From positions 300,001 to 332,000 of the forward strand of contig NZ_LWLG01000001.1 of assembly GCF_001652585.1 (NCBI RefSeq): DNA of 32,000 nt, given 5' to 3'. This document shows, in pieces, positions 25,470 to 32,000 of the stretch. Position numbers and translations under genes: made by a program. The DNA is from Thermosulfurimonas dismutans (GTDB taxonomy: Bacteria > Desulfobacterota > Thermodesulfobacteria > Thermodesulfobacteriales > Thermodesulfobacteriaceae). Numbering within the stretch: position 1 is the stretch's first letter; every line of letters begins with the position of its first letter. Below the pieces are notes generated by a model, which saw nothing but the letters and a program-made list of their open reading frames with translations, searched no databases and had not been told where the DNA came from.

Positions 25470-27061
25470 GGCTCCTGAACCTCTGGCTTTTTAACCCACA
25501 GGCTCCATTTTCTGCGACGGGCCTTGATATCGGTTATTTTTACGAAATTGTCCCCGGGAGGCCTCCTCCAAGAGAGAACGAAACGACACCGACGAAGCTC
25601 CCCTTCCGGAACGAGTCTAACTTCTTTCACCCACTGCCATTTATACTTTAGGTAATAGGTGATGTGAGGGGTATTGACCCGGTAGTCACACAGCTCTACA
25701 CTCCGGGGCAGAAGGGTCTGAAGTTTTCGGGCTGCGAAGACATAATGGCTTCGGTAACGGGCTTGATAAGGAAAATATGCGGCGGCGAAGGAGAGTTTGG
25801 CCAACCACATGAAAAGAAAAAGGAGGATCACTCTGGAGGTAGCCCGGCGGAGGAAAAAGAAAAGAGCCGCCAGGGGGATTAACCCGAGAAGGGAAACCAC
25901 CGCAAAGGGATTTTCGGCTAAATGCAGACGCTGCCAGCTCAGAATCAGGAAGGCGGTAACTCCCAATACGACCGCAACCATTAGTACTCCAAGCAAACCC
26001 TGAATCAAGGCCGAAAATTTTCCCCAAAAGAGATACCGGTGAAGGGGAATAGCAACCAGCAGGGTGAGGCCTCCCACAGCCGGAAGTACGTAACGCAGTC
26101 TTGTCCCGGGAAGCAACCAGTAAACCGGGAAGGAGAAGGCTACCAGGCAGAAACTAAAGAGGGCTAGCTTGCTTAGCCCGGGAGATAGCTCTTTTCTCAA
26201 ACGGCGGTCGGCCCAGCCCGGAAGAAAAAGTATCCAGGGGAGATGCCCTTGCAGATATTCCAGCGGAAACCCGAAGAAATGTCCCCAGAATCCGGAGGGT
26301 TCAAGGGGAGATTTCCTCCCCAGATACTCCCCGAGCCAGGCCTGGAGAATGGCCTGAGCTCCCACCCGCTCGGCCGCCGGAACGAACCACAGGGCAAAGA
26401 CCACGGCGTAAGCCGCAAGTCCCAGGAGATGCGTGGCGGAGAAAAATTCTCGTAGGCGCTTTTTGATGAGGAGATAAGGTCCCACCGCCCCATAGAGAAA
26501 GGCCGGAGCCTGAAAGGTCTTGGTCAGAGTGGCGAGCGCCGCAAGGCCCAGAGCTAGAGTCCAGGCTAGCCCCGGCCGATTTTTCACTTCATGGAGATAG
26601 AACCACGAGAAGACCGATATGGTCACGAGGAAGGTATAGGTCATATCTATTTCGGCCCGACAGGCCTTGTCCAGTACTTCGGGGATAGAAAGAAAGACTA
26701 GACCCGGGAGAACCCAGAGAAGACCCTTCGGTCGCGCCACCTCCCGAAAAATAAAAGCCAGAAAAAGGGCCGTAAGCGTGGCCGCAGCCACCGAAGATAA
26801 CCTCGCTACAAACTCGGAATGGCTTCCAGTAAGCTTGAAAAAGCTTATCAGCACCCAGTTGTAAAGCGGGGGTTTCAGAAGATAAGGGCGGCCTTCTATG
26901 TAGGGAATTACATAATCTTGCCGTTCCATCATCTCCAAAGAAGCCACCACCCGACGGGCGGCTTCGCCTTGAAACTCCCTCTCCCACAGATAGGGCAGGT
27001 TGAGGGCTAGGGAATATCCCACTATGAGGAGCAAGCCCAGGAGGAGCGTTTTCCTAGACAT
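25451..27061 (-). CDS. GT-C fold glycosyltransferase, family 39/83 (ArnT/PMT-like)
   Basis: The protein is polytopic, with about 12 hydrophobic segments. Its first periplasmic loop is acidic (WEREFQGEAARRVVASLEMMERQDYVIPYIEGRPYLLKPPLYNW), as in ArnT/PMT enzymes. I chose the start at ATG 27061 (MSRKTLLLGLLL), which has CTGGAGGA 8-9 nt upstream. The longer ORF to 27184 would overlap the upstream GT4 gene by 130 nt. Confidence 0.7.
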   Translation of the reverse strand: MSRKTLLLGLLLIVGYSLALNLPYLWEREFQGEAARRVVASLEMMERQDYVIPYIEGRPYLLKPPLYNWVLISFFKLTGSHSEFVARLSSVAAATLTALFLAFIFREVARPKGLLWVLPGLVFLSIPEVLDKACRAEIDMTYTFLVTISVFSWFYLHEVKNRPGLAWTLALGLAALATLTKTFQAPAFLYGAVGPYLLIKKRLREFFSATHLLGLAAYAVVFALWFVPAAERVGAQAILQAWLGEYLGRKSPLEPSGFWGHFFGFPLEYLQGHLPWILFLPGWADRRLRKELSPGLSKLALFSFCLVAFSFPVYWLLPGTRLRYVLPAVGGLTLLVAIPLHRYLFWGKFSALIQGLLGVLMVAVVLGVTAFLILSWQRLHLAENPFAVVSLLGLIPLAALFFFLRRATSRVILLFLFMWLAKLSFAAAYFPYQARYRSHYVFAARKLQTLLPRSVELCDYRVNTPHITYYLKYKWQWVKEVRLVPEGELRRCRFVLSWRRPPGDNFVKITDIKARRRKWSLWVKKPEVQEPYNKAK

Positions 27062-28190
27062 GGCAGGTTTCCTCCAGTATTCGGATGAGTTTTCGAGTGC
27101 GTGCCGGCCAATCAAACTGTTTGGCCCGTAGGAAGGCCTTTCGGGCGAGTTCTCGGGCCAATTTCGGTTGTAGAAGTACTTCATTCGCCGCCTTGGCTAG
27201 GGTCTCTGGGTCCCCAGGAGGAAAGAGTAAGGCTTCATCCTTGGTGATTTCCTCTCGTATGGAAGGAAGATCGCTGGCAATTATGGGACGCCCCGCCGAA
27301 AAATATTCGTATAGTTTTTGATGGGCCACATAGGGTTGTTTGCCTTCAGAAAGGGCCGGCAGAATTAAAAGGTCTGCGGCGAGTAGGTAGTTCTTGATTT
27401 TCCGGTGAGGTTGGTATCCTAGGAAGGCTATTCGGTTCCCCTGTCCTAATTCTAGAGCTAGCTTCTCCAACTTTTTGACTTGTTTCTTTTGGCCACCTAT
27501 GACAATAAGCTGTCCTTTTTTGATATGAGGCATGGCCCGAAGGAGGACCTCTACCCCTTGGGTCTCATAGAGCTGACCGACGTATACCATGAGAGGAGGA
27601 TCCTTGGGGCCCGTATAGGGTTGAGAGTCCATTGGTTCGGAAGCCAGGGGAAGATGTATCAAGGGAGTGGAGGGACCATAGATTTTTGCTATCAAATTTT
27701 TAAGGGATTGTGTGGTGACCAAGCCTAAAGAGGCCTCTTCCAAGGCCTCTTTTTCTCTGGGATCAGGCTTTCCTCTTTTAAAATAGGAAAGACCATGAAT
27801 TTCAAAGACAGCCGGCTGACCATGGGCGCACTTTCGAGCTATACGGGTGAGTCTTTTTTCTGAAAAAAGAAGGACAGCCTTTTCGCGATTTAGAGCCCTT
27901 TTGGCTTTCAAAAACCAAAGGTAAAGGATGAAATCATATAAAGCATTGGAGGTGATTGGGATAAAACCTCTTTTTCTAAGGGTTGGGAATGGAATGAACC
28001 GAAGTTCGTAGGGAGGTTGCCCCAATCCGTAATAAGTAAGAAGTCGATGGAGACTGAAGCCTTTTTTTATTGGGGCAAGAAGGAGGGTTTCTATTCCAGA
28101 ACGGGCCAAGTAATAAACAGTCTTTATAACATGTACGTCATGAGCTCTTCCCCAGGGGAAGGGTAAGTGGTGAAGATAGTAAATTTTCAT
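27054..28190 (-). CDS. GT-B fold glycosyltransferase, family 4
   Basis: MKIYYLHHLPFPWGRAHDVHV opens the N-terminal Rossmann half. The C-terminal half has a GT4-like motif (PALSEGKQPYVAHQKLYEYFSAGRPIIASDLPSIRE). The start ATG at 28190 overlaps the upstream stop (ATGA). Confidence 0.75.
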   Translation of the reverse strand: MKIYYLHHLPFPWGRAHDVHVIKTVYYLARSGIETLLLAPIKKGFSLHRLLTYYGLGQPPYELRFIPFPTLRKRGFIPITSNALYDFILYLWFLKAKRALNREKAVLLFSEKRLTRIARKCAHGQPAVFEIHGLSYFKRGKPDPREKEALEEASLGLVTTQSLKNLIAKIYGPSTPLIHLPLASEPMDSQPYTGPKDPPLMVYVGQLYETQGVEVLLRAMPHIKKGQLIVIGGQKKQVKKLEKLALELGQGNRIAFLGYQPHRKIKNYLLAADLLILPALSEGKQPYVAHQKLYEYFSAGRPIIASDLPSIREEITKDEALLFPPGDPETLAKAANEVLLQPKLARELARKAFLRAKQFDWPARTRKLIRILEETCHV

Positions 28191-29242
28191 AGGAGCTTTT
28201 GCAAATGGTTTTCCCAGGAAAAATCTTTTACGCTTTCCCTGCAATCTTCCAAGGACGGAAGATTTTTTAGTAGCTTTTGGATTTCCTTTGCCCAGAGTTG
28301 AGGATCATAGATGACTATAGAGCCGTTTATTCCGTCTTTGATCAATTCCGAGGCCCCGTTCTCTGGCGTGGTCACCACCGGAAGACCGCAGGCCAGAGCT
28401 TCGAGCACTACGTTGGCAAAGGGATCGTAACGTGTGGGTAGCACCAAAATGTCGGCCGCTCCATATAGTTTTTCCATTTCTCTGACCATTCCAAGATAGT
28501 GCACCCGCCCCTTCGGCCCCAGTTTTTTTCCTCCGGCCACCACCAGTTTGACTGTTTCCGGCAATTTTTCAAGGGCCGAAAGCACTACCGGAAGCCCCTT
28601 CCTTCGCCAGTCCGAGCCTGCAAAGAGGAGGGCGATTTCTTTGGGCCCAAGCCCTAATTTGGCCCTCCATTCCTCCCGGAATTTTCGAACCTCTAAGTTG
28701 TAGCGTTCAAAGTCTACCCCGTTATAGATGACTTCCACCCGGGAGGCTACCTCCGGATAGTGTTCGGCCACCTGGCGCTGAACCAGTTTGGAGTTAGCGA
28801 TGATCCGTCGGGCCGCGACGAGGCTTCGCTGCTCAAGCCAGAGGATCAGACGATGCCTGGGACGGAGCTTCCGGAGTGCTACGGCCCCTCCCTCGTAACC
28901 CAGGTTGATCCAGACCGCGTGCAAAGGATCCGAGAGCCTTACCCAGTCCGCCGGGAAGAAACGCCAGGTGGTATAGACGATGTCAAACTTTTCCTGGGCC
29001 AGAACCTTGCGGGCGCTTAAGAAAAAAGAGAGGGTCTTGGCTATACTCCCCCGGCCGTAGATGCGGGCTTTAGCGTGCCGCACCCCCGAGACGTTACAGT
29101 AATCCGCCACCACGACCACTTCGTGTCCCAGGCTGGCGAGTTCTTGGGCCACGGTGGCGGTGTAGTTCTCGGCCCCTCCCAGACTGAAACCCACTTTTGG
29201 ACGGACGAGTGCGATTTTCATCTCCCTTCGGCATTTTACCAC
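28187..29242 (-). CDS. GT-B fold glycosyltransferase, family 4 (WaaG-like)
   Basis: The N-terminal half begins MKIALVRPKVGFSLGGAENY, and the GT4 signature is PTRYDPFANVVLEALACGLPVVTTPENGASELI. The start is either GTG 29242, with GGGAG 4 nt upstream, or ATG 29221. Confidence 0.85.
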   Translation of the reverse strand: MVKCRREMKIALVRPKVGFSLGGAENYTATVAQELASLGHEVVVVADYCNVSGVRHAKARIYGRGSIAKTLSFFLSARKVLAQEKFDIVYTTWRFFPADWVRLSDPLHAVWINLGYEGGAVALRKLRPRHRLILWLEQRSLVAARRIIANSKLVQRQVAEHYPEVASRVEVIYNGVDFERYNLEVRKFREEWRAKLGLGPKEIALLFAGSDWRRKGLPVVLSALEKLPETVKLVVAGGKKLGPKGRVHYLGMVREMEKLYGAADILVLPTRYDPFANVVLEALACGLPVVTTPENGASELIKDGINGSIVIYDPQLWAKEIQKLLKNLPSLEDCRESVKDFSWENHLQKLL

Positions 29243-29260
29243 GGGTCTCCCGAAGGGCTT

Positions 29261-30202
29261 TTAGTTTTGGAAAAGCGGGAGTTCCGGAGAGAAGGATTCG
29301 ATCTCCCACGGGGTGCAGGCTTCAAAGGGGAAATCCGGATTCTTGCAGCCGCAGATTCTTACCGTCAGACCGAAATGTGAGGCTATATCTTTTATGCGCC
29401 GGAAGCCCTCTTCCCGGACCGCCCTTTTGGCCAGCTTGGTGGTAGCGGAGGTGATAACCTTCTGCCAGGGCTGACCTTTATAATATTTGAGGATAGGCCC
29501 GAAGATTTTGTTCGGAAGTTCCCTGGCCATTTGCCGGATAACCCCTGGTCGCAAAACGAGATAACTTACCGAGACCTCTTTTGCTCCCACCAGAGAAAGC
29601 CTCCGAAAAAGGGCCTCAAGGGCCTCCTCTTGGTCGGTAAGGCCCGGGATTACGGGATCAACCCTTACGGAGGGATTAAGGCCGAGAGCGACCAGACGTT
29701 CGAGCTGGGCCAGGCGCACCGGAGGCGGAGCTGTCCGAGGTTCAAAGAGCCGGTGGTAATCCCTGGAGACGGAGACCAGGCCTATGCGTGGCTTGATGAG
29801 GGAAGGATAATCCGCAAAGAGGGCCCAGGCCTCCTCCGGAATAAAACCTTTCGTGAGAAAAGAGACCCGCAGACCGGCGGAAAGCACTAGTCTCAGAACC
29901 TCAAGAGCAAGTCGTTTTATCTCTGGATGAGGCTGGAAGAGGTCAGAGGCCGTAGAAAAGGTTACGGTTGCGGGGAGCTTTCCCCGGAGCTTTAGTCGCT
30001 GTATTTCGGCTTTCAATTTTTCGGAGAGGTTGGCGTAAAGCCAGACCTCTCTGTCCGGCGTTTCTGGAAAGGCCCGAGCGTAGCAGTAGACACAGGCATG
30101 AAGACATCCCCGGGTAAGATTTATGGAAGGGGTGCCTTTGAGGCACCCGAAGGCCGGCTTTTTTAAAACTGGGGTTTTCCTTTCGATTGTCCGGAGATAC
30201 AT
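29261..30202 (-). CDS. radical SAM protein (COG1533 / SplB-like family)
   Basis: The CxxxCxxC cluster sits in the family-typical context INLTRGCLHACVYCYARAF. The ORF is 313 aa and is the first gene of the minus-strand glycosyltransferase string, 18 nt from the next gene. Confidence 0.75.
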   Translation of the reverse strand: MYLRTIERKTPVLKKPAFGCLKGTPSINLTRGCLHACVYCYARAFPETPDREVWLYANLSEKLKAEIQRLKLRGKLPATVTFSTASDLFQPHPEIKRLALEVLRLVLSAGLRVSFLTKGFIPEEAWALFADYPSLIKPRIGLVSVSRDYHRLFEPRTAPPPVRLAQLERLVALGLNPSVRVDPVIPGLTDQEEALEALFRRLSLVGAKEVSVSYLVLRPGVIRQMARELPNKIFGPILKYYKGQPWQKVITSATTKLAKRAVREEGFRRIKDIASHFGLTVRICGCKNPDFPFEACTPWEIESFSPELPLFQN

Positions 30203-30231
30203 TAGCTTTAAAAGATTATAACATTCGGGGC

Positions 30232-30259
30232 TTGACAGCAGGAAAGGAAGGGTTACATT
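30232..30259 (+). promoter_or_regulatory. putative rRNA operon promoter P1
   Basis: TTGACA (30232-30237), a 16-nt spacer and TACATT (30254-30259) are present. Confidence 0.45.
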
Positions 30260-30327
30260 AAAAGCCGTCAGTCGCTCTTTAGAACCTGTCAGGTGTTAGA
30301 GCCCCCAACGGGATGTCCGATGGGGGG

Positions 30328-30355
30328 TTGACAGTCTTCTGTGAGTAGTTATAAT
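30328..30355 (+). promoter_or_regulatory. putative rRNA operon promoter P2
   Basis: TTGACA (30328-30333), a 16-nt spacer and consensus TATAAT (30350-30355) are present, about 125 nt upstream of the mature 16S 5' end. Confidence 0.6.
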
Positions 30356-30375
30356 AAGCTTCGCCTGGTTGAGGT

Positions 30376-30388
30376 TGATCTTTGAAAA
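30376..30388 (+). promoter_or_regulatory. rrn leader boxA-like antitermination element
   Basis: TGATCTTTGAAAA closely resembles bacterial rrn boxA (E. coli TGCTCTTTAACAA; Bacillus-type TGTTCTTTGAAAA). It lies between P2 and the 16S. Confidence 0.55.
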
Positions 30389-30481
30389 CTGAATAGTGGC
30401 GCATGGGCAGGCCTCCGTGTTTCAGCCTCGGCGGCCTGGAATCTTCCCTTAAGGGTGATTCCGGAGCCGGGAGGTTTGAAT

Positions 30482-32000
<1,519 letters not shown>

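Noticed and set aside
27062-27184. A 41-codon N-terminal extension of the GT39 ORF (start at 27184).
   Set aside because: It would overlap the upstream GT4 gene by 130 nt. The extension is hydrophilic and precedes a well-placed ATG with a GGAGGA SD, followed at once by the first transmembrane helix. The shorter start at 27061 is preferred.

Overview
The window looks like a chromosomal segment of a thermophile-like bacterium. The 16S is GC-rich, the proteins are rich in Glu/Lys/Arg, and TTG/GTG starts and ATGA/GTGA gene overlaps are frequent. The lineage cannot be assigned without a database search; something Thermodesulfobacteria-like is only a guess.

Gene content is mostly housekeeping:
- a FapA-like gene (5'-truncated by the window edge) followed by a stand-alone CZB zinc-sensor protein
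- a PfkB kinase and TldD
- purF translationally coupled to a UbiD-family decarboxylase
- a minus-strand operon encoding an archaeal-type three-polypeptide glutamate synthase, then purM and DUF523
- a YbgC-type thioesterase
- a 950-bp IS4/IS5-type insertion sequence
- an extended macromolecular-synthesis operon, rpsU-mutS2-dnaG-rpoD
- a tRNA(CAU), then NIF3 and a COG1579 zinc-ribbon protein
- an envelope-glycan locus of about 9 kb: methyltransferase, small membrane ORF, sulfotransferase, GT4, Kdo/WaaP-type kinase, converging on a radical-SAM-GT4-GT4-GT39 operon
- the start of an rRNA operon: tandem promoters, boxA, and a 16S truncated by the window end

I found no CRISPR array, integrase, phage genes, toxin-antitoxin pair or recognisable defence system.

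The items most worth a second look:
1. The IS sits exactly on the thioesterase stop codon and the rpsU -35 hexamer, with a perfect 10-bp target duplication.
2. mutS2 is wedged into the rpsU-dnaG-rpoD operon and is translationally coupled to its neighbours.
3. Conserved rpoD region 1.2 lies upstream of the first canonical start codon.
4. A sharply AT-rich insert of about 1.5 kb opens the glycan locus.
5. The glycan locus combines methyl, sulfo and phospho transfer activities with a radical-SAM-led glycosyltransferase operon.

None of these is proven novel. All functional calls rest on motif recognition by eye.
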